A model generated the notes under the pieces. It was not told the DNA's origin. It saw only the letters and a list, made by a program, of their open reading frames with translations, and did no database searches. From positions 125,376 through 189,375 of IMG/VR virus record IMGVR_UViG_3300019850_000189: DNA of 64,000 bases; one strand, 5' to 3'. This document shows positions 45,664 through 55,502 of this stretch, in pieces. This DNA comes from a virus. A program made the translations under genes and the position numbers. The stretch's first letter is position 1; every line of letters starts with the position of its first letter.

Positions 45664-46245
45664 ATGACCTATGAAGAAGTAAAACAAGTTTTAAAAGGTA
45701 ATATTTCAAAATATGTAAATTCTTTATTTCCAGATCTATCTATCAATTTTAAGGCTTTGATTGATTATTATATGAATGATCTCGAAAAGCTCATGGATGA
45801 TAAGAAAGTTGATGATATTACAGAACAACTCACAAATGATACTATCACTGTGGCATCTAGAATACGCCATGTACTGATCATGGAAAATATCAGTAAAGCA
45901 GAAATGGACTTTATCACATCTCTCAACTATTTAATATGGAATTGGGCCAAAGCCACCAATACAGAGCAAGCTTTAGCGATTTGTGCACAGAATGACATTC
46001 TGGTAGAAACACAATTCGACCTGAAACGCAACATAACTATTATGCGTCAGTTGGTAGTTGAGGCCGAAAGGATTCTCGCATTTAAACCCAAAGATATGGT
46101 TTTTTCAGGCATGTATTTGGAAAAAATAGATAAATATTTTGAATTTATGAAGAAAAACAAATTAGATACATATGGCTCATTGAATCCGGATGCATTAAAA
46201 CAATTTGAAAAGGAAAAAAATAATGAAAATGATTCTAAAAAATAA
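45664..46245 (+). CDS. helical accessory protein of radical SAM cluster
   Basis: GAGGGG RBS, co-oriented. Confidence 0.6.
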   Translation: MTYEEVKQVLKGNISKYVNSLFPDLSINFKALIDYYMNDLEKLMDDKKVDDITEQLTNDTITVASRIRHVLIMENISKAEMDFITSLNYLIWNWAKATNTEQALAICAQNDILVETQFDLKRNITIMRQLVVEAERILAFKPKDMVFSGMYLEKIDKYFEFMKKNKLDTYGSLNPDALKQFEKEKNNENDSKK

Positions 46246-46384
46246 AAATGGTGAATCTTTTGAACTGGCAATTCCAGATCAAGAATTAATATCCGCTTCT
46301 CAATATCTAGATACTAGCTTGAAGGCAAATGTCGCAAGAATATCGATAGTGTTGGATACACTAAGTCTGTTGCGTAATCCCTAA
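46223..46384 (+). CDS. small protein (53 aa, MKMILKNKNGESFEL...)
   Basis: read manually; AAGGA RBS; bridges 45664 ORF and the GT. Confidence 0.45.
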   Translation: MKMILKNKNGESFELAIPDQELISASQYLDTSLKANVARISIVLDTLSLLRNP

Positions 46385-46386
46385 AA

Positions 46387-47349
46387 ATGAAAATTTTATG
46401 CCTTTTCTATGATGGTGGATATGGTGTAACTAGAGCATCCAATTTGATTTTCAATGCCATTAAGAATGAATACAAAGATACCATAAAACATCTCTCGAAC
46501 ATCAACAATACTTATGTCATATATGACATAATTAAAAATCATAACCCGGATGTTATTGTCACACAGGACTATTTTTCCTGGATTATGAATGCCATCAGCT
46601 GTTACAAAATCGATCACCACGTAAAATCTATTTTATATTCTCTATATATAGATGATATCATCCCCGATGGTCTTGAAACTTTTGACGGTTTTTTTGTTCC
46701 TGAAAATAACTCCATGAAATATTCGAGAAATTGCGTGGCGGCCGCCAGCAGTGTATTCTATTTACCATTGGAGCCTAATTTCAGATATGATATAGAATGG
46801 TCCAAGAGAGAAAACAATTTTATTTATGCCGGCCGAATAGACAGAACGAAACTGAATCTGAAAATATTATCATTACTCGATAAACATCACCAAACGCTGC
46901 ACGTATATGGTGCAATAACTGACCAAAAACATTTTTCTAAGTGCCGCCGTTTTAATTCTTTCAAGTATATGGGTGTGGCCACAACGAATATGATGCCATC
47001 CATTTTTAATAAATACAAGTTTCACATACTATACTCCGAAACTGATTGCTTTTCAATTAGCAGTTTAGAAGCGGCCGCCTGTGGAACAATTCCGATTACT
47101 ATTGGGAGAATACTTAAATGGATGAAAGATTACAGTTTTCAATTTAGCAACATACATGAATTCAGCATCATGCAGCCGGCCTTGCTTATACACGATTTGA
47201 CCAAGTTTTCTATAAATATAAGCAACAAAATAGACAGCAACTATAGAGTTGCGCCCTTTATTGAACAATTCGGTAGAGCGCTTAAGAACCCTGTAAAAAA
47301 CATAAAACCTGTGATAAAAAGTAATTTTATTTCTCATCCACAAAGATAA
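46387..47349 (+). CDS. GT-B glycosyltransferase (GT4-like)
   Basis: NPDVIVT, FIYAGRI...K, YSETDCFSISSLEAAACGTIPI. Confidence 0.8.
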   Translation: MKILCLFYDGGYGVTRASNLIFNAIKNEYKDTIKHLSNINNTYVIYDIIKNHNPDVIVTQDYFSWIMNAISCYKIDHHVKSILYSLYIDDIIPDGLETFDGFFVPENNSMKYSRNCVAAASSVFYLPLEPNFRYDIEWSKRENNFIYAGRIDRTKLNLKILSLLDKHHQTLHVYGAITDQKHFSKCRRFNSFKYMGVATTNMMPSIFNKYKFHILYSETDCFSISSLEAAACGTIPITIGRILKWMKDYSFQFSNIHEFSIMQPALLIHDLTKFSINISNKIDSNYRVAPFIEQFGRALKNPVKNIKPVIKSNFISHPQR

Positions 47350-47368
47350 TAGAACAGTGGAGCAGCAT

Positions 47369-47800
47369 ATGAAACTAAGTCGAGTTATGAAAGAGGCAAC
47401 CAGAATCATCAGTGTGGATCTAAGTAAATCGAGCGATCCTATTGCGCACCCCAAAGCCGGTTTAGGCACCAATAAAATTATCCGTATAGACAAAAACAAA
47501 GAAAGAATTATCCCAAAGGTGCTCAGCAGACAAGAACTTAAAGATCTCGAATATTATATACCAAATCTACCCGATGGTGCCTGGGATACCATCCCCCCTG
47601 AATTCAAACGTTTTTATCATGATTCCATGAATAGCTACCCCGAAGTCACATGGCAGCCTCTTACTTCTCTTGCTAAATGGAGACTTTTGTATAATAAAAT
47701 GAAGAAAAAATATCCAAACATCAATTGGGGAAAAATATACCCACGCAAATTGGCTAACAAACTGCCTCCAGAAGTGCCGAAAGCCTCTAAATCTTTTTAA
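47369..47800 (+). CDS. hypothetical protein with MKLSRVMKE leader
   Basis: GGAG RBS. Confidence 0.55.
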   Translation: MKLSRVMKEATRIISVDLSKSSDPIAHPKAGLGTNKIIRIDKNKERIIPKVLSRQELKDLEYYIPNLPDGAWDTIPPEFKRFYHDSMNSYPEVTWQPLTSLAKWRLLYNKMKKKYPNINWGKIYPRKLANKLPPEVPKASKSF

Positions 47801-47841
47801 TAAATCGCCCGCTATAATTCAAATTAATCCTATGATAAAAG

Positions 47842-47850
47842 CATATATAG
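47842..47850 (+). promoter_or_regulatory. CATATATAG motif
   Basis: intergenic, before ATG 47855. Confidence 0.45.
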
Positions 47851-47854
47851 CCGT

Positions 47855-48538
47855 ATGGATAATGAAATTATGTTAAAGGACCGGCACAAACTGGATAAAA
47901 CACAAAAATGCCAGGATTGCGGCCGAGATATAGATTATGTATTTATAATGTCTGATGATCGTGAGCTATGTCGAACTTGTGCAGCTAAGAGATGGCAGAA
48001 ACGGTTCGCCCCCGAAGAGATATGGGAAGAACTTGATTATAATAGAAAAGCAACTTGGGAATCGGCTGTAGTTAGATATAAAATCATTCGTCATTATACA
48101 CCTCTAAAGGAATCGGACTTGGCCACCAATGTAAAAAAATATCCATTTCTATTAGAATTGACCAAGTATAGAAGAGCCCATCCAGAAATAGATAGAATTA
48201 TAGAGCTCGCCAATGAACATGAAATAATGCCGCGGCATATCAAAAATATGAAATGGCTGCTCGAAAATATAGATAAATTCACCGACCAAAAATATGTTAA
48301 CAATCTATCAAAAAAGATACAACTGCTAGCAAGAATCTCTATTGTATTCCGTTCTTATTATACAGGTCTTCTGAAATATTTATATTTGCATAACTATCTA
48401 ACACAAAAACAACTATCATCAATAGAAAAGAACAACGAGAGATTCAAAAAAAGGATAGCAAAGGCCGCTCTAAGAAGAAATTTTAGATTCGCTGATGGTC
48501 CAAGAGGGCCAATTTTGAGAGAGAATTACGGTAAATGA
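47855..48538 (+). CDS. hypothetical protein with N-terminal Zn finger
   Basis: CQDC...CRTC. Confidence 0.6.
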   Translation: MDNEIMLKDRHKLDKTQKCQDCGRDIDYVFIMSDDRELCRTCAAKRWQKRFAPEEIWEELDYNRKATWESAVVRYKIIRHYTPLKESDLATNVKKYPFLLELTKYRRAHPEIDRIIELANEHEIMPRHIKNMKWLLENIDKFTDQKYVNNLSKKIQLLARISIVFRSYYTGLLKYLYLHNYLTQKQLSSIEKNNERFKKRIAKAALRRNFRFADGPRGPILRENYGK

Positions 48539-49656
48539 ACTATTGGTATCCCACGAGCTATAATACAAATTCTTACTACATCACTGGAGAAGCAGTAGAG
48601 CTTCCTTCATTGCTTGATGTAATTTATAATAACGCAGATTATACCAGTTATCAGAATTTTCGGTTTTATAGTAAGAGCCCGGAAGAGATTCAGCTTATGC
48701 TTGCGGCATACAGAGCGTGTTATAAATATAATAAATCAACTAACAATGAATCAGTATTGTGGCTTGTTGATAGCCCACGAATGACGCATCTAATTCTGAA
48801 TGAGATGGTAGAAGCTGAGATGCGTGGATATAGTAATATCGTAATTCTTGGCATGAAAAATGTAGATAGTAATTTTTTCAAAATCAAAGATGTCTCTGGT
48901 ATAATTAAGCGCATAAAAGACTTAATTAAGAAACATAATGTAAAGGCTGTGATTACGCCATGCGTTAATAAAATCCATAATCGCATATTATCAGAAATTG
49001 ATATCAAGAAAATTGGTATACAGCATGGCACCGGGACCTGGGTCGAAAAGAATTTACTTAATGAAGTGAACATGCACTTTAATTATGGCAAAATAAGCAA
49101 CAAAGAATTTAATAATCCCAAATCTATCATAGCTGGTTATTCTCCTACTAAATTGTTCGAATTTTATCCGAAGGCGGATGAGAATTATATTCTATATGCC
49201 ACTCAAGGTCGCGCTTTTACCAATAAAAAGAATATAATAGAACAATTAGGTATGCTGCGTCTGCAGGATGATTTTGGAATGCCCATAGTTATCAAAGAAC
49301 ATGCCGATGCGACAGGAGAGTTTGCCGGCACAGTGGAAAGAGTTTATAGCGAATCCGGAAATATAAATACAATAGAGCTTGTACGAAAAGCATCAGTGGT
49401 AATCACCAGCTGGTCAGGCACCGGCCTGGAATCTATGTTTTTCAATAAGCCTACCATTATATTGGATACACAAAATGACGGGGGTAAATTCTATAAGACT
49501 TCTGGTTTAGTGATTCCCATGTCATATGAAGTCTTGAAGGCGAGAACATATTTTTTTCTGAGCGGCAACAGGTTAGATATCTCGGGCTACAAGAAAAGAA
49601 TTAATTTTGAAGGCGGCAAACTTGCCAGCAAAATAATCATAGATGCCGTTAAATAA
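48535..49656 (+). CDS. GT-B-fold surface-carbohydrate/glycosyltransferase-like protein
   Basis: GIQHG, IAGYS, ILYATQ, VIKEH, ASVVITSWSGTGLESMFFNKPTIIL. Confidence 0.6.
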   Translation: MNYWYPTSYNTNSYYITGEAVELPSLLDVIYNNADYTSYQNFRFYSKSPEEIQLMLAAYRACYKYNKSTNNESVLWLVDSPRMTHLILNEMVEAEMRGYSNIVILGMKNVDSNFFKIKDVSGIIKRIKDLIKKHNVKAVITPCVNKIHNRILSEIDIKKIGIQHGTGTWVEKNLLNEVNMHFNYGKISNKEFNNPKSIIAGYSPTKLFEFYPKADENYILYATQGRAFTNKKNIIEQLGMLRLQDDFGMPIVIKEHADATGEFAGTVERVYSESGNINTIELVRKASVVITSWSGTGLESMFFNKPTIILDTQNDGGKFYKTSGLVIPMSYEVLKARTYFFLSGNRLDISGYKKRINFEGGKLASKIIIDAVK

Positions 49657-49658
49657 GC

Positions 49659-49687
49659 TTTACAATTCAGTCGGAGTGTGTTATTAT
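49659..49687 (+). promoter_or_regulatory. sigma70-type early promoter
   Basis: TTTACA-N17-TATTAT with TG. Confidence 0.7.
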
Positions 49688-49693
49688 TAACTT

Positions 49694-50107
49694 ATGAAAC
49701 TAGTAGACATTTTCCAAAAGGGAAATATGGTTAGACTCTTCTTTACCAATTTATATGAAGAGGCTTATGGTGATGATTGGGATGATGTTCCATTCGCAGA
49801 CAACAAGGGCCGGGTATATGATAATTTTGTAACTGAAGTGACTGATATTGCCATTCCATTTACTTACGAGGTCATGTTCCTCGAAGAAATAACCAATGAA
49901 TATAATTGGGAGCAGGTGAAAGCGGCAAAAATGCCAGTTCTTATCATAGTTACAATGTCAGAGACGCTGCCAAGGAAAAACGAACATGATTTCATTGAAT
50001 TTGCTTTCAACAATTTTAGTCTTAATCTAGGCGATAAACAAGAAGTAGTGAAGAGAAAAATTGCCAAATTTAATTTGAAACACAAATATAAGATAAAGAT
50101 AATGTGA
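49694..50107 (+). CDS. hypothetical protein
   Basis: YGDDWDDVPF motif; follows promoter directly. Confidence 0.6.
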   Translation: MKLVDIFQKGNMVRLFFTNLYEEAYGDDWDDVPFADNKGRVYDNFVTEVTDIAIPFTYEVMFLEEITNEYNWEQVKAAKMPVLIIVTMSETLPRKNEHDFIEFAFNNFSLNLGDKQEVVKRKIAKFNLKHKYKIKIM

Positions 50108-50116
50108 GGAGTTCCA

Positions 50117-50683
50117 ATGAAAGTTTTATACTATTCTAAAAAACCAGAAATGAAAACATCTCCAGATCATTATTTTGGCGAAAGCGGCGTTATTTGTTTT
50201 GCATATAAGAACGGAGTTATATTATATGCAAAGCCATATAAAGATGGCCATTATATATTTGCCGATGACAAAATAATCGGCGAGTCATTAGTCAATTCAA
50301 GTCACATGACTCACTCTAACTTAGTGAGTCGTTATGCCAATGCTACAAATAGAACAGAAGACAAAAAAACCTGGATAAGAGGCCGAACAAATCCCAGTCA
50401 TGCAAAGGCTAATTTCTGGGGAGATATATCAGAGAAAGAATTATTAAATACTATTTTATTATTAAGAAAATATCATATTTTAAAACGTCAGCCATCCTAT
50501 GAATTTGGCCTGGTATCAAAAGAAGGAGGTTCAAAAAGAGTTAAAATCAACGTGCCTGAAAACATTCATGTTACCCCCATATACACTCACCATGCAATAA
50601 GAAAAAACATATACCGAAAACTTGGTTTAGAAAATAAGATAAAAAAACTCCTAAATAAATTATATGAATCCTTGCGGAAATAG
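50117..50683 (+). CDS. hypothetical protein
   Basis: GAGGAG RBS. Confidence 0.6.
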   Translation: MKVLYYSKKPEMKTSPDHYFGESGVICFAYKNGVILYAKPYKDGHYIFADDKIIGESLVNSSHMTHSNLVSRYANATNRTEDKKTWIRGRTNPSHAKANFWGDISEKELLNTILLLRKYHILKRQPSYEFGLVSKEGGSKRVKINVPENIHVTPIYTHHAIRKNIYRKLGLENKIKKLLNKLYESLRK

Positions 50684-50684
50684 C

Positions 50685-50713
50685 TTTACAATTCACAGTA
50701 AAAGCTGTATAAT
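50685..50713 (+). promoter_or_regulatory. sigma70-type early promoter
   Basis: TTTACA-N17-TATAAT; shares TAAAAGCTGTATAATATAA with the 25887 promoter. Confidence 0.8.
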
Positions 50714-50747
50714 ATAACCATGAAAAATAAAAATACAGGAGAAAAAA

Positions 50748-50906
50748 ATGAATTATCTTTATCAAAATAGACCAAGAAAGAAAGACAAACCGAAGTATAT
50801 ACCTGTTACTAATCTTCCTAGACCGAAGCCTCCAAAATTTTGGAAGCCCACAATGGAAGAAATCAAAAGAAACAGTCTGCTCAGAGATGCTTATGGAATC
50901 AAATAA
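50748..50906 (+). CDS. small basic Pro-rich protein (52 aa)
   Basis: AGGAG RBS; read manually. Confidence 0.45.
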   Translation: MNYLYQNRPRKKDKPKYIPVTNLPRPKPPKFWKPTMEEIKRNSLLRDAYGIK

Positions 50907-50933
50907 AAAAATATATAATTTCAAGGAGATAAA

Positions 50934-52037
50934 ATGTCAAGTCCAGGTGAAGTAAAAAGAAAAATTGATATGATCCTCCCAAAAGAGGGAAAGCAAACAA
51001 TTACACCATTTATTCATGGAGTTCCTGGCATAGGTAAATCAGCAATTGTAAAACAAATTGCTGAAGAAAGAAATATCCAGTGTGTCGATTTAAGGCTGTC
51101 TATGCATGAAGCTTCCGATATCAAGGGCATTCCATATCCAATCCCTGAAGAACAGATTTCAAAATGGTTTCCGCCAGATTTCTTACCGTTTAAAACATCC
51201 AAGAAATATGCAGGTTCCAAGGGAATACTTTTTCTTGATGAGCTTAATCGCGCCGCTCCTGATGTACTGCAAACTGTCTTTCAGCTAGTCCTCGATCGAA
51301 AGGTTGGCGATTTAGAACTTCTTGATGAATGGCATATAGCTTGCGCGGGTAATTTGGGAGATGAAGATGGATGTGATGTAATAGATTTCGATCCTGCTCT
51401 TAACAATAGATTCATACATTTTTATATGGAGCCAAATCTTGAGAGTTGGACAAAATGGGCAGAGCATAACAAGATCAATGATGATATTATATCTTTTATA
51501 AAAGGAAAACCCGCTTATCTTTACAGACAATACAAGGATAAATCTGATAGAAATTTCCTCATCACCCCTCGAAGCTGGGAGAAATTTTCAGATATAATCG
51601 AGTTAAATGCGGCAATTGGTATCAAAGAAACCACCAACATATTAGCAACTGATATAATTGGAGATGCCGCGATTCATTTCATGAAATATTTGGAAGAGAA
51701 AGCGTTAATAGAACCGCGGGATATCCTCAATAAATATGATGCAATTAAACATAAGATTCGTGCTATGAGCCGCGAACAAAAGTATGCTGCCAATCAGGAA
51801 CTTATAGTTTTTATTTCGCAGATGAAGCGAGTTGATAAAAAACACATCAGAAATCTACATACATATCTCACAGAAGAACTGGAAATAGATATACACATCG
51901 CGTTTCTAAAAGAGCTAGCAAAGAAAACTGATCATACAGATGGCAATCATTTTATTGATAAATATCTGGATGAGTATGAGGACGAATCAGATAAAGTAAT
52001 TGAAATTTTGACAGCATCCAATGAGGAAAAAAAATGA
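50934..52037 (+). CDS. MoxR-type AAA+ ATPase
   Basis: IHGVPGIGKS, DIKGIP, LFLDELNRA, CAGN, LNNRF, TPRSWE. Confidence 0.9.
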   Translation: MSSPGEVKRKIDMILPKEGKQTITPFIHGVPGIGKSAIVKQIAEERNIQCVDLRLSMHEASDIKGIPYPIPEEQISKWFPPDFLPFKTSKKYAGSKGILFLDELNRAAPDVLQTVFQLVLDRKVGDLELLDEWHIACAGNLGDEDGCDVIDFDPALNNRFIHFYMEPNLESWTKWAEHNKINDDIISFIKGKPAYLYRQYKDKSDRNFLITPRSWEKFSDIIELNAAIGIKETTNILATDIIGDAAIHFMKYLEEKALIEPRDILNKYDAIKHKIRAMSREQKYAANQELIVFISQMKRVDKKHIRNLHTYLTEELEIDIHIAFLKELAKKTDHTDGNHFIDKYLDEYEDESDKVIEILTASNEEKK

Positions 52038-53368
52038 AATCTGTTAGAATCCCTAAAAAGATAGAAGATATTAGTTTGCGCTGGGTTCAACTGGCCCCAT
52101 TTTTGGCTGAGTTCACAATGAGATTCTATTATCATGAGGCCGAGAAAGGCGAAATGGAAATTCCAACCATGGGTGTTGGCGTTCATCATGGCAGGTTTAA
52201 TTTATATTATGATAAAGAATTTCTGAAGAAAATCCCCAAAAATATTTTAGAATTTGTGCTGATTCATGAAATTATGCATATTGTATCTCTGCATCAGGAA
52301 CGTAAAATGCCTGAGAGGTTGGTGTGGAATATCGCTACTGATATGATTATTAATGATAACATTACTACATTGAAAATAGCTGGCCGGCCGGTCAAATGTT
52401 GGAAAGATGCTGTATATTTAGATCATGCAGTTTCTCAGGGTTATCAAGGAGAGAAGATTTCAGAAGAACTTTATGAATGGCTATTGAAAGAATATAATAA
52501 ATATAAGAAAAAATATGGTTCTAAAGCCGGAGTGTGCAGCTTGCCAAAAGCTGATGATCAGAGCCATAAAGGCGGTAATGCTGATAAAAAGGCCTCCGGC
52601 CAAAATCAGAAAAGCGGTAATTCTGGTAAAGAGTCTTCCGGTCAAGATCAAAAATCAAAAGGCAGCGATTCACCCTTGAAAAGGATGTTCAAGCAAATGG
52701 ACGCTCATGAATGGCTTGAAAAGCAACTCACTGAGATGGATAAAAAAGCTGTCGAAGAGATCGTAAAAAGTGCAAGGATGAGGAGTTGGGGAAGTATGTC
52801 TGGAAACATGGTTGAATATCTTGATAAACTAACAAAAGACAAAACTGTTAATTGGAGACAACTTCTCAGAAAATATACAAACAACTGGAGTTGGGGAAAA
52901 GGCCCGATTAGATTCAGAACCTGGAATAAGCGAAATAGAAGACAGCTTCCATTGCCAGGTTATAAAAGACCTCATAATGAACTTGTTGTAGCTGTTGATA
53001 CATCCGGTTCAATTGACCAGGAATATTTTCAAATGTTTTTCAATGAGGTAGAATCTATCGCAAAAGACAAAGATCGATTAACTATATTAGAGTGTGATAC
53101 GAAAATTAATAATATCTATGATAAATATAGACGTGGAGATTATAGAAAAATACGGCTTGTTGGTCGTGGCGGCACTAATTTTGCTCCGGTTTTTGATTGG
53201 ATGCAGGAGAACGAAAAGCAAAAAAGCCTTCTGATATATTTTACAGATCTTTATGCCGATTGGAATTTCGATACACATGGAATTCATACAATATGGTGCA
53301 CTCCAAACGAAAATGAGGATGCACCAAAGGACAAGGGAAAAACTGTACATATTAAAAAGGGCGTATAG
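52034..53368 (+). CDS. DUF2201-family HExxH metallopeptidase + vWA-like protein
   Basis: IPTMGV, LIHEIMH, NIATDMIIN, VNWRQLL, VAVDTSGSI, GRGGTNF, YFTD. Confidence 0.9.
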   Translation: MKSVRIPKKIEDISLRWVQLAPFLAEFTMRFYYHEAEKGEMEIPTMGVGVHHGRFNLYYDKEFLKKIPKNILEFVLIHEIMHIVSLHQERKMPERLVWNIATDMIINDNITTLKIAGRPVKCWKDAVYLDHAVSQGYQGEKISEELYEWLLKEYNKYKKKYGSKAGVCSLPKADDQSHKGGNADKKASGQNQKSGNSGKESSGQDQKSKGSDSPLKRMFKQMDAHEWLEKQLTEMDKKAVEEIVKSARMRSWGSMSGNMVEYLDKLTKDKTVNWRQLLRKYTNNWSWGKGPIRFRTWNKRNRRQLPLPGYKRPHNELVVAVDTSGSIDQEYFQMFFNEVESIAKDKDRLTILECDTKINNIYDKYRRGDYRKIRLVGRGGTNFAPVFDWMQENEKQKSLLIYFTDLYADWNFDTHGIHTIWCTPNENEDAPKDKGKTVHIKKGV

Positions 53369-53401
53369 TATTAAACAATTCATAAAAAGGAATGTATATT
53401 G

Positions 53402-53833
53402 ATGATAAAATCTTCTGGTTGTATAGTAGTGAAAATATTTGACGGCCAACCTTATATACTATTAGTGCATGCCAGTGGTAACTGGAAAATTAAGCAATTC
53501 GGCATTCCCAAGGGATTGACCAATCAGAATGAGCCATTAGCCCAAGCAGCCATTAGAGAAACTTTAGAAGAGACAGGTGTAACACCAAAAATCATCAAGT
53601 ATATCGGCTATGTAGATCTTAAATCTAGAAACAAGAGGGTGCATGCCTATCTAGCGAAAATCAAAAATGGAAAAATAAATGATAAAAAACAGACGGCTGG
53701 CTATGACAAAAATGAAGTTGATGTCTCTAAATTTTATTCATTGGAGCAGGCTCTCGGTATGTTATATACCTATCAAAAACCGCTGTTAATAAAGGCTAAA
53801 AGCTATATAGAAGAGCACATACATGATTTTTGA
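53402..53833 (+). CDS. NUDIX hydrolase
   Basis: FGIPKG.....E....AAIRETLEETG Nudix box. Confidence 0.9.
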   Translation: MIKSSGCIVVKIFDGQPYILLVHASGNWKIKQFGIPKGLTNQNEPLAQAAIRETLEETGVTPKIIKYIGYVDLKSRNKRVHAYLAKIKNGKINDKKQTAGYDKNEVDVSKFYSLEQALGMLYTYQKPLLIKAKSYIEEHIHDF

Positions 53834-53889
53834 TGAGAGGAGCTATATGTTTTAAAACATATAGATAAAATATTGGAGGCAATTAAAAA

Positions 53890-54111
53890 ATGGCAGATTT
53901 GATAAAGATTAAAAACAGGATAATCAATTTTGATAAAGTTAGGGAGGTCACTTTTTTAGACGAAAGGATAGTCTTAGGACATGATGATAATGCTGCTGAG
54001 GAATGGGTTGTAGTTCCTGATAATGAAATGGGAGGTGGTCATAAAATCACTGCGAGAGAATACAGTATAATAGTGCAAGGGTTACAAAATATCTCTCGTG
54101 TGATTATTTAG
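53890..54111 (+). CDS. hypothetical protein
   Basis: GGAGG RBS. Confidence 0.55.
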   Translation: MADLIKIKNRIINFDKVREVTFLDERIVLGHDDNAAEEWVVVPDNEMGGGHKITAREYSIIVQGLQNISRVII

Positions 54112-54121
54112 GAGAGATAAA

Positions 54122-54544
54122 ATGAATATATCAGAAACTTACTTTTGTATTGTTCGGGTCCGGCGTCGTTTAAAAGGTGACCCTTCAACGACCCGGATTT
54201 ATAGCAATGAGATTGTTACTGCCATCGCTTTTCCTCCAGGTTCTTTTGCTACATTGTATAGACATATATATTCGCCTGGATCACATATACATAGGATTTG
54301 TTACCAACCCGATTTTTGTCCACCATTTCGTAAACCACCGATGTTCATTATTTATTTTACGAAAGATCCGAACGCTTTTTTAATTATTGGTGGAATTAAG
54401 AAAAAAAAGAGATTCAGAAAATTACCATTTAATTATTTTCCTAAGCATATAATAGATGGATGGGCATATGCAATTATAGACGTTTTTATAGATAAGGGCA
54501 TTAAAAACGAAAAAAAAATTAAAATGGAAAGCAGAACTTTATAG
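54122..54544 (+). CDS. hypothetical protein
   Basis: AGGAG RBS. Confidence 0.55.
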   Translation: MNISETYFCIVRVRRRLKGDPSTTRIYSNEIVTAIAFPPGSFATLYRHIYSPGSHIHRICYQPDFCPPFRKPPMFIIYFTKDPNAFLIIGGIKKKKRFRKLPFNYFPKHIIDGWAYAIIDVFIDKGIKNEKKIKMESRTL

Positions 54545-54577
54545 CATATTTACTGCCAATCAAATAGATTTTAGAGC

Positions 54578-54606
54578 TTTACAAATCCCACCTAATATGA
54601 TATAAT
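54578..54606 (+). promoter_or_regulatory. sigma70-type early promoter
   Basis: TTTACA-N17-TATAAT with TG. Confidence 0.8.
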
Positions 54607-54746
54607 ATATTTATAGCATGAAAATATACAAAAAAGAAGAAATCAAAGATATTCTTAATTCCTCAAATAGAGCAATTGAAAAAGGAATAGCCAACGCAAA
54701 AAAACAATTAAAAAACATAACGCAAAAAAATCACTTAAATTCTAGC

Positions 54747-54775
54747 TTTACAAAATATAAAAAATGTTATATAAT
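54747..54775 (+). promoter_or_regulatory. sigma70-type early promoter
   Basis: TTTACA-N17-TATAAT. Confidence 0.8.
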
Positions 54776-54805
54776 AATAATATGAAAACTTCAGGGGGAG
54801 TTAAA

Positions 54806-55216
54806 ATGAAAGCATTAGCAAAAATTAGAAGGTATGATGTATTTGCGGCAACCGAGTTTATCAAGAATTTGAACAATGGCATTCCCGAAGATGTAGCCAA
54901 GGGAGATGCAATTTGGCTGGCGACTTTGGTGGCTGCCAGAAAGTTTTCCAAAGGCTCAACCAAACCAAGAACCAGCAATGGCAAAGACAAGAAATATGCT
55001 GAGAAAAATGGAATTTATACCAGCAAATGGAGACAGCTCTCAGGAATCGATCAAACAGACAAAGTTTATGATAAGAATATTATTCAAAGAATGGGCGAAG
55101 ATTTTTATGAGCAGGTATTTCTTCCAAAACTCAAATCTCTTGTTGAAGCCGGACTGAGTTATAAGGAATATCGAGATTCAGCAAGGGAAGAACTTAACTA
55201 TGCAAAAGCGGCTTAA
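54806..55216 (+). CDS. hypothetical protein
   Basis: GGGGGAG RBS; RRYDVFA, AIWLATLVAARK. Confidence 0.6.
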   Translation: MKALAKIRRYDVFAATEFIKNLNNGIPEDVAKGDAIWLATLVAARKFSKGSTKPRTSNGKDKKYAEKNGIYTSKWRQLSGIDQTDKVYDKNIIQRMGEDFYEQVFLPKLKSLVEAGLSYKEYRDSAREELNYAKAA

Positions 55217-55502
55217 TATAAAGAAAATAATAGCGGATATCATTGAAAAAAGAGATATAAAGCTTTTTCATAGAGGATTATCCGCAGCAGAAAACGGAGA
55301 TCCTAACTTTGGCACCATAAGGAACTATAATATTAGCAATCGCGTTGCTATTATAGAAATATGGAAAAATGCCGAATTGTGGGCTCTCAAAAAGACAAAC
55401 AACTATAAAAAGAACGACCACTTTTACAAATGGTACAAATATAGTTATGCATATTTGAATATTTTAAAATATAAGTTGTGTCATTTGTTGTCAAAGAATT
55501 GA
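55200..55502 (+). CDS. hypothetical protein
   Basis: ORF track. Confidence 0.45.
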   Translation: MQKRLNIKKIIADIIEKRDIKLFHRGLSAAENGDPNFGTIRNYNISNRVAIIEIWKNAELWALKKTNNYKKNDHFYKWYKYSYAYLNILKYKLCHLLSKN

